From Elusimicrobiota bacterium (GTDB lineage Bacteria; CG03; SLGR01; JAFGSA01): 64,000 bases of DNA. Position 1 is the first letter of the stretch. The number at the start of each line of letters is the position of its first letter. Shown here piece after piece: positions 46,632-56,437 of this stretch. The notes under the pieces are model-generated. The model ran no database searches and had not been told where the DNA came from. It was given only the letters and a program-made list of their open reading frames with translations. The stretch is from contig JAFGSA010000024.1 of NCBI GenBank assembly GCA_016934855.1, positions 44,472 to 108,471 of the forward strand. Reading direction: 5' to 3'. The position numbers were made by a program, and so were the translations under genes.

Positions 46632-47630
46632 TCAGAAATTCGTCGGCGGCGCATAATATATTATCTGGCTCCCGAGGTTTTCGAACCCGAAAGGCACATG
46701 GAGAAGTCCTTTAAGCCGCTGTTTAACCTTTTCCTGATATTCGGATTTCACGAAAAACAGCATGAATCCGCCGCCGCCGGCCCCCAGGAGTTTTCCGCCT
46801 TCTGCTCCCGCCGAAAGACCCTCTTCATATATCTCGTCGATCCTCTGGTTCGAGATAAGGTCGGAAATATCCCTCTTTATCTTCCACTGTTCATCCAGCA
46901 GCTTGCCGAATCCTTTGAATTCCCTGTCATCCGAGTTTATTATTTTAAGCGCCTCGTCCGTTATCTCCGTCATCCTTTTCAGGTCTTTGTTTTTCTTGCC
47001 GATCTTCTCGATCTTATCGGCCGCCACATCGGACGCTATCCTGGAAAAACCGGTAAAAAAAAGCATAAGCTTGCCTTGAAGCGAAGCCAGCTTTCCGTGT
47101 TCCATCGGGATGGGAAAAACGGATATTTCCTGGGGACCGCCGAATTCTATCTTGTTGAAACCGCCGAAAGCGGCATGAGTCTGGTCCTGGGAGCCGACGC
47201 TTTCACGGATTATATCCTGCTCTACATGAATAGCATTGAGCGCAAGCTGCCTTTTCGTAGTCATCCTGCCTTTAAGAGCATACAGGGCATTCAGGAGACC
47301 CACCGTAAAAGCGGAACTCGAACCCAGCCCGGACATCGCCGGAAGGTCCCCATTATGCTGTATCTCCACACCGCGCTCATATTCGAGGAACTTCAGGCAT
47401 TCCCTGACAGAAGGATGTTTGATCTCCGGTATGCTCGATGTCTCTTCGCGCTTTGTATATCTTATCCTGAACTTGTAATCGAAAAAAGGAGGAAGATACC
47501 GGCACGTTATATAACAATATTTGTTTATCGTGGCACCTATAACGGCTCCTTTATGCTCTTTATACCAGACAGGGTAATCCGTCCCGCCGCCGAAAAAAGA
47601 GATCCTGAAAGGTGTCCTGCTTATTATCAT
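46632..47630 (-). CDS. hddA: D-glycero-D-manno-heptose 7-phosphate kinase (GHMP family)
   Basis: SRTPFRISFFGGGTDYP, GLGSSS, VGSQDQ, GGKLLGAGGGGF. Confidence 0.9.
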   Translation of the reverse strand: MIISRTPFRISFFGGGTDYPVWYKEHKGAVIGATINKYCYITCRYLPPFFDYKFRIRYTKREETSSIPEIKHPSVRECLKFLEYERGVEIQHNGDLPAMSGLGSSSAFTVGLLNALYALKGRMTTKRQLALNAIHVEQDIIRESVGSQDQTHAAFGGFNKIEFGGPQEISVFPIPMEHGKLASLQGKLMLFFTGFSRIASDVAADKIEKIGKKNKDLKRMTEITDEALKIINSDDREFKGFGKLLDEQWKIKRDISDLISNQRIDEIYEEGLSAGAEGGKLLGAGGGGFMLFFVKSEYQEKVKQRLKGLLHVPFGFENLGSQIIYYAPPTNF

Positions 47631-47675
47631 TAGTAACTCCTTGATACCGTTATTTATATTCCTGACGGCAGCCTG

Positions 47676-48617
47676 CTAGCGTATGACATCGGACTGCACC
47701 AGGTGCCACCTGCCTATGTCGTATAACCCTTTATACCTGCTGTTTAAGATCTTAAGACAGAAAAAATGCGACTGCCCGTCATCCGTGAAGCCTAATTTCC
47801 TGGCGACGATATCGAGCTGTCCTCCGGGTGATGCCCATACAGTTATATTATCCGCACCCTTATCCCTTAGATGCCCGCAGGCAGCCGCAATGAGTCTTTC
47901 GAGTCTTTCCTCATCTTCCAGGGGGCATTCCAAATCGGCAATATCACCATACTTTATTCCAGAAGCGGGATCGATGAATAGTTTTATAACGGCATATTCT
48001 CCGGACGCGGCGTTTACGATGGAAAAATCATAAAGCTCATGCATGGCGTATCTCCACAAACGGTACTCATGTCCGTGCTCAAACATAACTGTGCCTTTTT
48101 CTGATCCGGCGCTTTTCCCGAATATGGTATTATTACTAACAGGTTCACATTCCGAACCGTACAGGTCGAACTCTCCTGCTGTCTTCAATACAAGGGTACT
48201 GATCCTTCCTGGCGTCTTATAGCCGAAATTCCTTTCCAGGGCCGCCTTTCCCGGGACGTTGGGCATGGAACACAGCATATCCATGTCGCCGAAGTACTCG
48301 GACGCTTTATGCCCCAGCATAGAAAAATAGCCTTTTCCCCTCCATTTATCGTCTATCACAAGGTGGCTTGCGATACCGCAACTGGCGCCGTTGGAAAGGG
48401 TTCTTTTGTGCAGCATGAACATCCCGATAATGTCTTTTCCGTGATACGCGCACATCGCTACGGCAGGCACTGCCGAGCCGAAAAGTATCCAGTAAAAATA
48501 TCCTTCCGGTTTATACGGAGCCCAGCGCGGATTGATCAGCGACATTATGCCGGGTATATCGCCTTCATCCGCTTTCTTTATTCTTATATCGTTTACCGTC
48601 ATTTTTAACTTATTCAT
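47676..48617 (-). CDS. GNAT-family acyltransferase
   Basis: LVIDDKWRGKGYF (acyl-CoA motif A); second GNAT-like half. Confidence 0.75.
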   Translation of the reverse strand: MNKLKMTVNDIRIKKADEGDIPGIMSLINPRWAPYKPEGYFYWILFGSAVPAVAMCAYHGKDIIGMFMLHKRTLSNGASCGIASHLVIDDKWRGKGYFSMLGHKASEYFGDMDMLCSMPNVPGKAALERNFGYKTPGRISTLVLKTAGEFDLYGSECEPVSNNTIFGKSAGSEKGTVMFEHGHEYRLWRYAMHELYDFSIVNAASGEYAVIKLFIDPASGIKYGDIADLECPLEDEERLERLIAAACGHLRDKGADNITVWASPGGQLDIVARKLGFTDDGQSHFFCLKILNSRYKGLYDIGRWHLVQSDVIR

Positions 48618-48619
48618 CT

Positions 48620-49936
48620 TTATTTCTTCTTCAGAGATCTTTTGCGAAGATCGTATTCTTCATAGGCTTTTTTCTGATAAGCCATGAGGTCTTCATCGCT
48701 TACAGCGGACAGGTTTACCGCCACGTGCTGATAACATGAATAATAGAAAAATTCGGAGGCATGAGACCCCCCTAAAAAACCCTTCTTTAATGCCAGATCG
48801 TAAAGATGCGTACCTGGATACGGGACGGCTATCAGGAATTTCGCCTGTTCTGAATCAAGCTCTTTTGCAAATTCTATCGTTTCCCTGATCGTCTCGTGCG
48901 TATCCCCGGGATGACCTATTATAAAAGAAGTGTATACAGGCATCCCTATATCCTTCAGCATACTTACTGTACTGCGGAGCTGCTCCTTTTTTATCCCTTT
49001 TCCCGTGCTTCTCAGAATATCTTCATTTCCCGATTCGACTCCTATATATACTACCAGGCAGCCGGCCTCTTTCAGGGCAGCAGCAATCTCCCGATCGATC
49101 GTATCGGCTCTCAGGGACACGTAAAATCTTATTTTAAGGCCTTCTTTTTTTATCAATTCGCATACTTTCAGCGCGCGCTTACGGTTGACAGTGAAAGTGT
49201 CGTCGTAGAACATGAATTCTGATATATTATAATCCTCTACGAGCGTCTTAATCTCTTTTACCAGGTTCTCCGCCGACCTGAACCTCACTTTACCGTTCCA
49301 GATGACCCTGGACGCGCAGAAATTGCAGTCCCAGGCGCAGCCCCTCGCCGAGTTTATCCCCATATAGTGCGAATTGAACATGACTTCGTCGTTATCGTAC
49401 AGTGACAGCGGCAGGAGATCCCACGCGGGAAACGGCAGAGAATCGAGATCCTTGATAAAAGGGCGCCGAGGATTTACAACGATCCTGCCGTTCAATCGGT
49501 AAGCAAGGTTGGGAATTGCGGTCACGTCCCTACCCTCCTCGAGATAATCCAGGAAATCTTCCAGGGGCTCTTCTCCCTCCCCTACGACAGCATAATCTAT
49601 TGAACTGTCGTCGAATACAGATTCCACGGCACCGGAAACATGAGGCCCACCCAGGAGAATAATGACCTTGCTGTCAATATTTTTGCAGGCAGCGGCTATA
49701 TTCGCGATGACGGGGTAACGTGGCGTCAGGCATGTGAAGCCTATTACCGGGGTATTATCCTTCATAAGCAGTTCCGCTATCTGCTTTACATCGTCAATCC
49801 TCTCAGCCTCCAGATCGTATATCTTAGGCTCATGTCCTCTTTCCCTTACATAAGCCGCCAGGCCCGCCAGGTTTATCGGAGGGCGGAATGTGCCCGTATG
49901 TTCTATATTAGGAGGATTTACAAGACTTATTCTCAT
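48620..49936 (-). CDS. Cobalamin-dependent radical SAM protein
   Basis: LVNPP, GGPHVS, GEGE, ARGCAWDCNFC, GVESG, PYPGT. Confidence 0.9.
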   Translation of the reverse strand: MRISLVNPPNIEHTGTFRPPINLAGLAAYVRERGHEPKIYDLEAERIDDVKQIAELLMKDNTPVIGFTCLTPRYPVIANIAAACKNIDSKVIILLGGPHVSGAVESVFDDSSIDYAVVGEGEEPLEDFLDYLEEGRDVTAIPNLAYRLNGRIVVNPRRPFIKDLDSLPFPAWDLLPLSLYDNDEVMFNSHYMGINSARGCAWDCNFCASRVIWNGKVRFRSAENLVKEIKTLVEDYNISEFMFYDDTFTVNRKRALKVCELIKKEGLKIRFYVSLRADTIDREIAAALKEAGCLVVYIGVESGNEDILRSTGKGIKKEQLRSTVSMLKDIGMPVYTSFIIGHPGDTHETIRETIEFAKELDSEQAKFLIAVPYPGTHLYDLALKKGFLGGSHASEFFYYSCYQHVAVNLSAVSDEDLMAYQKKAYEEYDLRKRSLKKK

Positions 49937-49949
49937 GACTTATTTTTTA

Positions 49950-50906
49950 TCATCTGTTTTTCTTATACCATTCCAGAGTTCTTTTTATACCTTCTCTAAT
50001 ATCAACTTTCGGTTTAAAACCGAGCATTTTTTCCGATTTAGAGGTATCCACAAGCCTCACAGGTATCATGGAAGGCTTGGAGCTGTTATATATTACCTCC
50101 GCATCATCATAGCCTTCCTCTTCGAGCATGATACCGAGTATTTCTTTTACAGTGTAGCCTTTTCCGCTACCCAGGTTGACGGGATCATACGTATCTATTT
50201 TTTCCATGGCAAGGATCATACCGTCAACAAAATCATCTATATATATGAAGTCCCTCACGTCATTCCCGTCACCCCATACTTCCAGAGGCCTCTGCCTTTC
50301 CGCGACTTTCTTGATCAACGCAGGCAATACGTGTGAAGTGGCTGGATCATAATCGTCATAAGGCCCGTACATGTTTGTCGGCCTTATCACGATCGAAGGC
50401 ATAGCAGGCCTGAGCATCTCGCTGTAAGTCCTGCAAAGTATCTCCATGTATCTTTTCATCCAGCCTACGAGGAAATATTTCGGGTAAGGCTCACCGTCAA
50501 ATATCTGCTCTTCTTTGATAATGCTGTCTCCCATATCGGGATAAACCGTCGTGCTGCTTAAAAACAGGAACTTCTTCACTTTGGCGAAATACGCCGCTTC
50601 CAGAAGCTGCGAAGTCATTATAATATTGGGTGTTACGTGTATAAGAGGCGTTTTTTCCATGACGGCAGCGCCGGAAGTATTAGCCGCGCAGTGGAATACA
50701 TAGTCGACTCCTTCCACGAATTTCCTGCAGTCCTCCATTTTCGTAAGATCACCGGCAATATATTCTATCCTGTCGTCGCTGTGCCTGGGCTTGTTCCGGT
50801 GTACGGGCCCCATGACCTTCGCTCCCATAGACAGCAGCCGGTTCGCAAGATTCGTTCCGGTAAAACCAGTTATACCCGTTACCAGTACCTTTTTATTTCT
50901 GAACAT
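49950..50906 (-). CDS. GDP-sugar epimerase/4-reductase (Fcl-like extended SDR)
   Basis: VTGITGFTG, GPYDDY...SHVLPALI, VWGDG..VRDFIY. Start moved to ATG 50906 (GGAGG upstream). Confidence 0.85.
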   Translation of the reverse strand: MFRNKKVLVTGITGFTGTNLANRLLSMGAKVMGPVHRNKPRHSDDRIEYIAGDLTKMEDCRKFVEGVDYVFHCAANTSGAAVMEKTPLIHVTPNIIMTSQLLEAAYFAKVKKFLFLSSTTVYPDMGDSIIKEEQIFDGEPYPKYFLVGWMKRYMEILCRTYSEMLRPAMPSIVIRPTNMYGPYDDYDPATSHVLPALIKKVAERQRPLEVWGDGNDVRDFIYIDDFVDGMILAMEKIDTYDPVNLGSGKGYTVKEILGIMLEEEGYDDAEVIYNSSKPSMIPVRLVDTSKSEKMLGFKPKVDIREGIKRTLEWYKKNR

Positions 50907-51414
50907 ATCCGCCCTCCTCGTCTCTTTTTGAAAGTATGGGATTCTTAACAGGCCAACGCATATTGAACTTAGGATCATTCCATTTGATAGTGAACTGTGA
51001 ATCCGGATCGTAATAAGTCGACTGCTTATAATGAAAAATAGACTTATTGCTGAGACACAGGTGCCCGTTTCCGTGTTTCGGCGGCACCAATACCTGATGC
51101 TTGTTTTCTTCTGACAATACGAACGCCTGCCATTTTCCGAAGCCTTCTGATTTTTCATCATAATTAATTACGACAAGGTGAATTTTGCCGTGCAGACACG
51201 AAATAAGTTTCCATGTAGACTGGTTACCATGAACGCCTTTAATTACATTTTTTCTGGATATAGAGATGTCATCTTCCACGAAATCGATGTTTATTCCTTT
51301 TTCCTTGTATAATTTTTCATTATATATCTCGATGTATTCTCCACGGTGATCCTTGAAAAAATCCGGCTTTATAAGCAATACCCCTTCAAGCTCTGTCTTC
51401 TCGACCTTAATCAT
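50893..51414 (-). CDS. RmlC-like NDP-4-keto-sugar 3,5-epimerase (cupin)
   Basis: DHRGEY, KGVHG, VPPKHGNGH, YKQSTYY, WNDP, ILSKRD. Confidence 0.88.
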   Translation of the reverse strand: MIKVEKTELEGVLLIKPDFFKDHRGEYIEIYNEKLYKEKGINIDFVEDDISISRKNVIKGVHGNQSTWKLISCLHGKIHLVVINYDEKSEGFGKWQAFVLSEENKHQVLVPPKHGNGHLCLSNKSIFHYKQSTYYDPDSQFTIKWNDPKFNMRWPVKNPILSKRDEEGGYVQK

Positions 51415-51417
51415 AAA

Positions 51418-52404
51418 TCACTCCTTGAAATAGTTCTTTTTTTTCTTATATTCGTCACGGTTGCTGATAAACCAGTTCCAGGTCTCTTTCAACCCGTCCA
51501 GCAATGACGTCGTCGGATTGTAGTCTATAAGCTCTCTCGCGAGAGAGATGTCCATTACCCTCTTGGGGAAGCCAGACGGCTTGTCAGCATCGAACTCATA
51601 GTTAAAATCCAGGAATTCGTTCAGCGTCTCGACCAGCTCCTTTATACTGTAACCTCTGCCGCTGGCGATATTGACGAACTTCGAACGGGTGCCGTGATAC
51701 AAGGCCAGGATGGTCCCCTCCGCGGCATCCCTGCTGTACGCGAAATCCCTGATCGCGCTCCCGTCGCCCCAAACCACGACAGGATCCTCTTTTTTATATA
51801 TCCTGTACATCAGCGTAGGTATGACCATAGCGTTCTCCGGATCGAAATTATCCCCGGGACCGTAGACATTACAGGGCCTTACAATCGAAAAATTCTCAAG
51901 CCCGTACTGGATACTGTATGCCTGCACCTGCAGTTCAGCCATCCTCTTTGCCCAACCAGGAAACATATCCATGGGCGGACCCTCTGTATTCTCTCCTTCT
52001 TTGAACACTTCTGCGCTTGAATAAGCTCCGATGGAACTTGTGTATACTACCTTCTCTACCTTGTTCAGCCTGCAGGCTTCCAGCACATTCGTATTGAACA
52101 TGATTAGCGGCACGAAAAAACTGGCGGGTTTTTTCTTTGTCACTTCGATCGACCCTTTGATGCCGGCCATATGGAAGACATAATCCATGTCCCCGGTCAC
52201 CTCTTTGCAGAGATCGAAACTGGTAAGATCGCCCGTGATGTGTTCCGCCCTGTCATCCACTGTTATACTGTCAAGCGAGACTATCCTGACAGAAGCTCCG
52301 GCGCTGCACAGGTAATCCACTACCTGCCTTCCTATCAGCCCGGTGCCCCCCGTGACCAGGACATTTTTTCCCTCAAAACTCCTTAGTACTTCGTCTTTTA
52401 TCAT
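51418..52404 (-). CDS. GDP-sugar epimerase/reductase (Fcl-like extended SDR)
   Basis: VTGGTGLIG, NVYGPGDNF, VWGDGSAIRDF, KPSG. Confidence 0.85.
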   Translation of the reverse strand: MIKDEVLRSFEGKNVLVTGGTGLIGRQVVDYLCSAGASVRIVSLDSITVDDRAEHITGDLTSFDLCKEVTGDMDYVFHMAGIKGSIEVTKKKPASFFVPLIMFNTNVLEACRLNKVEKVVYTSSIGAYSSAEVFKEGENTEGPPMDMFPGWAKRMAELQVQAYSIQYGLENFSIVRPCNVYGPGDNFDPENAMVIPTLMYRIYKKEDPVVVWGDGSAIRDFAYSRDAAEGTILALYHGTRSKFVNIASGRGYSIKELVETLNEFLDFNYEFDADKPSGFPKRVMDISLARELIDYNPTTSLLDGLKETWNWFISNRDEYKKKKNYFKE

Positions 52405-52431
52405 ATTAATCTCCAGACGGCCGAACAGGCA

Positions 52432-53487
52432 TCAGAACGGCCCCTTGAACTTATGTTCGTAACTGTAGAATACTTCTTCCGAAAGATCGGCCTCCTTCAA
52501 TTTCAGCGTTTTCTCGGCGGTTTTTATTATATTCACAGCACTCGGATAAAAACAGTTTTCCAGGGGCCTGGTGCAGGGGCACGGGGCCGGCGCAAAACCG
52601 ATCCTGCTGACGGGAGACTTAAGAGACCCGAAACATTTTTCGGATACCCGGGCGGCGATCTCGGCGCTGAACCCGCAGTGCAGCCAGTCGTTGTCCGCAA
52701 CGATGCAGTGCCCGGTCTTCCGGGCCGAATCTACGATGACACCGTCATCCAGGGGAGCTATAGCCCTCGCGTTTACTATTTCGGCGCTCACGCCGTGCCT
52801 TTTGTTCAGAATATCCGCGGCTTCAAGCGCCTCTATGTTCATCCAGGACGTGGCGACTATGGTTATGTCTTTTCCCGGACGCAGCACCGCGGCTTTCTCC
52901 AGCGGCAGCGTGAAAGGTTCTTCCGGCACTTCGTCCTCCGCGTAATAAAGCCACCTGTGTTCAATGAATATGACCGGACTGTCTTCCCTTATCGACGCGA
53001 TGAGCATCCCCTTGGCTTCCGCGGGCGTCGTAGGCATCACGACCCTCAATCCGGGTATATGGGCAAAACATGAATGCATGGTCTTCGAATGCTGGAAAGA
53101 CTGTCCCCATCCCCGCCCAATGATAGCCCTTATTACCATAGGTACGCTGAGTTCGCCGGCGCTGGCGTATCTATAGCTCGACACCATATTGGCGAGCTGG
53201 TTCATGGCCAGGAGCATGAAATCCACCCTCATATGGACATGTATCGGACGCAGACCGTTGATAGCCGCGCCCAACCCGAAACCCGTCATCGCGTCTTCTG
53301 ACAAAGGCGTATCGAAACATCTCTCCGGGCCGAACCTTTCTACCAGGCCGTCCGTACTGCCGAAGATCCTCTTGTGATCAGGCACTCCTATACCATAGGT
53401 GAACACGCGCGGATCCCTTTCCATCTCCTGGATAAGGGCCTCGTTTATAGCCTTGCAGTAACTGATCTTTCTTGAACCGCCCATCAC
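52432..53487 (-). CDS. 2-oxoacid dehydrogenase E1 beta / transketolase C-terminal-like subunit
   Basis: FDTPLSE, GLRPIHVH, QHS, PGLRVVMP, FIEHRWLY. Confidence 0.88.
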   Translation of the reverse strand: MMGGSRKISYCKAINEALIQEMERDPRVFTYGIGVPDHKRIFGSTDGLVERFGPERCFDTPLSEDAMTGFGLGAAINGLRPIHVHMRVDFMLLAMNQLANMVSSYRYASAGELSVPMVIRAIIGRGWGQSFQHSKTMHSCFAHIPGLRVVMPTTPAEAKGMLIASIREDSPVIFIEHRWLYYAEDEVPEEPFTLPLEKAAVLRPGKDITIVATSWMNIEALEAADILNKRHGVSAEIVNARAIAPLDDGVIVDSARKTGHCIVADNDWLHCGFSAEIAARVSEKCFGSLKSPVSRIGFAPAPCPCTRPLENCFYPSAVNIIKTAEKTLKLKEADLSEEVFYSYEHKFKGPF

Positions 53488-54437
53488 AGCACCTCTTTCT
53501 CTATCTCCCCTGCTCCGGGAAACGGGGCAGACTGCGCCGCTTTCATGCTGTTAATGAGCCTTTCGGCAATGCCGTCTTCTATTTTATCGAGCTCTTCTTC
53601 TTTTATTCGCTTTTTTATCAGCTTCTTTCTCTGCTGTTCAACGGGATCCTTCTTCCGCCACTTCTCGAACTCTTCCCTCGAACGGTAACCGCTCTTAAAA
53701 TCTTCGCTGACACCGACATGTTCCAGGTACCTGTAATACCTGAGATCCAGAAAACACGGACCACCCGATCCTCTTACCGCGCCTATAGCCTTTTCTGCCA
53801 GGCGGTAAATAGTCTCCACATCGGTGGACTCTTCCTTAAAAACCCGGCAGTTAAAATCCGCGACGATGCTGGATATGGATCTGTAACCGTGCCTTAAGGA
53901 TTTCGGCGTATGCACTGCCAGCTCGTTATCCTCGCATACGAATATGACCGGCAGCTTCCACAGGCAGGCGGCGTTGAGGCTCTCCCAGAAGACGCCTTCA
54001 TCTATCGCGCCGTCTCCGAAAAATACGGTCACGATACGCCCGTTACCCGCCATCTTGTTGGCAAAAGCCGCGCCGACCGCTACAGGTATGGCGCTCGCTA
54101 CAATAGCCGACGATCCCATAAAACCGTTATCGGGGGAACACAGGTGCATGGAGCCGCCCTTCCCTTTCAGGAGCGCCGTATCTTTGCCGTAGATCTCGGC
54201 AAAAAAATCCTCCACGTCCCCCGTTTTTGCCAGGTAGATGGCATGGGACCTGTACGTCCCGAATACCTGGTCGTCGTCTTTCAACGCATGGCAGATGCCC
54301 ACCGCAATAGCCTCCTCGCCCATAGACATATGCATGGGGGTCTTCATCTCGTCGTCGAAATAACATTTTATTATCTCTTCTTCGGCCCTTCTTACAAGGT
54401 ACAGCTTTTTATAGAGCTCCAGGTTCAGCTTATCCAT
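53484..54437 (-). CDS. TPP-dependent 2-oxoacid dehydrogenase E1 alpha-like subunit
   Basis: GEEA, YRSH, GKGGSMH, FFGDGA...EDN (TPP motif), YRYLEHVG. Confidence 0.9.
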   Translation of the reverse strand: MDKLNLELYKKLYLVRRAEEEIIKCYFDDEMKTPMHMSMGEEAIAVGICHALKDDDQVFGTYRSHAIYLAKTGDVEDFFAEIYGKDTALLKGKGGSMHLCSPDNGFMGSSAIVASAIPVAVGAAFANKMAGNGRIVTVFFGDGAIDEGVFWESLNAACLWKLPVIFVCEDNELAVHTPKSLRHGYRSISSIVADFNCRVFKEESTDVETIYRLAEKAIGAVRGSGGPCFLDLRYYRYLEHVGVSEDFKSGYRSREEFEKWRKKDPVEQQRKKLIKKRIKEEELDKIEDGIAERLINSMKAAQSAPFPGAGEIEKEVL

Positions 54438-55425
54438 TTTTCCTGAAATACTCTCTCCAGTATTCTAGAGTATCTTTTAATGTTATCTCGAATTTAATCT
54501 CCGGTTTCCATCCCGTGGCTTTTATGAACTTTTCGACCGAAGGGATCTGAAGCGTAACATCCGAAGGTCTCAGCCGTGCCGGGTCTACCTCAATTTTTAT
54601 ATCGTTTCTTTTTGAAAGCTTCAGCAGCCTGTCCAGCATATCCCCGACAGTCATCGTTTCTATACCCCCTATGTTATAAACTTCGCCGGGAGGACACTTG
54701 TTAACGAGGAGCCAGTATGCCTTTACCGCGTCCCTGACATCAAGGAAAGTCCTCACGCTGTCCAGATTGCCGACTTTTACCGCCGGCGGCTTCAGCCCCG
54801 CTTCTATCTCGGCTATCTGCTTGGCGAAAGTTGACACCACGAATACCTCGCCCCTCCTCGGACCGGTATGAGTGAACATCCTGGTCCTTATGGTCTTAAT
54901 CCCCCAGGACAGCCAGTATTGCTGAGCCAGCATGTCTTCCCCGACCTTGCTTACCGCGTATGGCGATGCCGGCCGGAAAGGATTTGATTCTTTTATCGGC
55001 ACTTCGTCTTCTTTTACCTGGCCGTATACTTCGGAAGAACTGCATACATGTATGACGGGATCATATGAAACATCCGCTTTGAGTTCTCTTACCGCCTCGA
55101 GCAGATTCGCGGTGCCTATGACGTTTGCCTGCAGCGTAGCCACCGGGGCCAGGAAACTGAAATCTACGTAAGACTGGGCGGCAAGATGGAATATTATATC
55201 CGGCTTATGTTCCGCCAGTATCCTTTTAAGAGAAGGGATATCCACCAGATCTCCGTAGCAGAAAGCTATCTTATCCGCTATTTTCATTATATTGTCCTTC
55301 GGGGCACGCCAGCGCAGAAGCCCGGCTATTTCCGTTTTCGGAGATTTATCCAGTATATATTCCGCCAGATGACTTCCTACAAAACCCGTAATCCCTGTAA
55401 TTAAAACTTTTTTTATACCGCCCAC
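54430..55425 (-). CDS. GDP-mannose / GDP-heptose 4,6-dehydratase (Gmd/DmhA-like)
   Basis: ITGITGFVGSHL, HLAAQSYV, SSSEVYG, SPYAVSK, HTGPRRG, RPSDV; GTG start with AGGAGG RBS. Confidence 0.85.
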   Translation of the reverse strand: MGGIKKVLITGITGFVGSHLAEYILDKSPKTEIAGLLRWRAPKDNIMKIADKIAFCYGDLVDIPSLKRILAEHKPDIIFHLAAQSYVDFSFLAPVATLQANVIGTANLLEAVRELKADVSYDPVIHVCSSSEVYGQVKEDEVPIKESNPFRPASPYAVSKVGEDMLAQQYWLSWGIKTIRTRMFTHTGPRRGEVFVVSTFAKQIAEIEAGLKPPAVKVGNLDSVRTFLDVRDAVKAYWLLVNKCPPGEVYNIGGIETMTVGDMLDRLLKLSKRNDIKIEVDPARLRPSDVTLQIPSVEKFIKATGWKPEIKFEITLKDTLEYWREYFRKNG

Positions 55426-55436
55426 AATGCCTCCTT

Positions 55437-56429
55437 TTATACCGCTGATATTAATTTTTTTAGTTTTCTGAATATTTTTTTATTAAATGTAGCTTCAGGA
55501 TATTTCAATTTAATTAAAATATTGTATTTTGTTTTTCTTTCCAAATGCTTCAATTCTGTCAGAACTTCCTTTGTTAAAGACCCCCCCGGCTTTATATAAC
55601 TTTCCTCTCCAGCGGGCGCATACGTTATTACCGGTCTGCTGCAATCAAAGCCCAGTTCAGCGCAGACCTGTTTCCTATTCTCAGCAGTATTCAATCTTAA
55701 CAAATCATCTGCTTTGGGATATCCTGCAATTATCGCTCTTTCTTTCATGGGTCCGAGCAGCATTCGCGTCCTTTCCTGGCCTATTTTCCCCGCAGTTATA
55801 TGAAGATCAATCATAGGAAAATAATCATGTTCCATGTAATCTTTCATCGAATATTCAACATTGGCGGTGCCTTTGCCTTTTAGTCCATGATCAAGATGAA
55901 CCTTATAACCTTTTTCTACGTGTGCCAAACCCTTAAAATGTGCAGCAATAAATATTAAATTCTCCGCCTTCTTAAAATCCCCCTTTATTTCTGACACAAA
56001 TTCAGTAGAGTATTTCCTCTTTTTTGCCTCCTCCTCCAGCGGCTTGAGATTCGTCTGTTTTACTTTATCCCCCCCATGTATAAAAACAAAATACGGATTA
56101 TCCAACCCTGAATACTCAAGAATTTTATCCAGTACACTTCCCGAATTGTTGCCTCTGGGATTACTAATTGTCGCATTTAACCACTTTTTTCTTGCTTGCG
56201 CAAACTCATCCGGCTCAGCAATACTCTTTTCAATGGCCCGTTCCAAGCCGGGCAGATCCGTCTTTATACCTATATCCGGAAAATTTTCACGCAACCATTT
56301 ATTTGCCAATAATACTATCGGCCTGTTAAAGATAATATATTCATAATTAGTATCGGACATATCTCCAATTAGAATATCTGTCATTGCCAAATATTTTGGA
56401 TCCGGACTGCCTATCTGTTTATATGCCAT
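55437..56429 (-). CDS. CDP-glycerol glycerophosphotransferase (TagF-like) protein, apparently circularly permuted
   Basis: DILIGDMSD..YEY...RPI at the N-terminus, followed by DHGLKGK, GYPKAD, ITYAP and IKLKYP. Confidence 0.7.
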   Translation of the reverse strand: MAYKQIGSPDPKYLAMTDILIGDMSDTNYEYIIFNRPIVLLANKWLRENFPDIGIKTDLPGLERAIEKSIAEPDEFAQARKKWLNATISNPRGNNSGSVLDKILEYSGLDNPYFVFIHGGDKVKQTNLKPLEEEAKKRKYSTEFVSEIKGDFKKAENLIFIAAHFKGLAHVEKGYKVHLDHGLKGKGTANVEYSMKDYMEHDYFPMIDLHITAGKIGQERTRMLLGPMKERAIIAGYPKADDLLRLNTAENRKQVCAELGFDCSRPVITYAPAGEESYIKPGGSLTKEVLTELKHLERKTKYNILIKLKYPEATFNKKIFRKLKKLISAV

Positions 56430-56437
56430 TATGTCAT

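Noticed and set aside
46698-47633. 311-aa plus-strand ORF, and other long plus-strand ORFs such as 18276..19079, 19397..20242 and 39687..40448
   Set aside because: They lie antisense to well-supported minus-strand genes and have no recognisable motifs; treated as shadow ORFs.
50907-51161. N-terminal extensions in the ORF track (also 13244-13288, 27099-27191, 40118-40216, 41001-41078)
   Set aside because: They overlap upstream genes; downstream ATGs with an RBS or stop/start coupling mark more plausible starts.
52432-54437. Housekeeping pyruvate or acetoin dehydrogenase
   Set aside because: No E2 or E3 genes in the window, and the pair is embedded among nucleotide-sugar enzymes.
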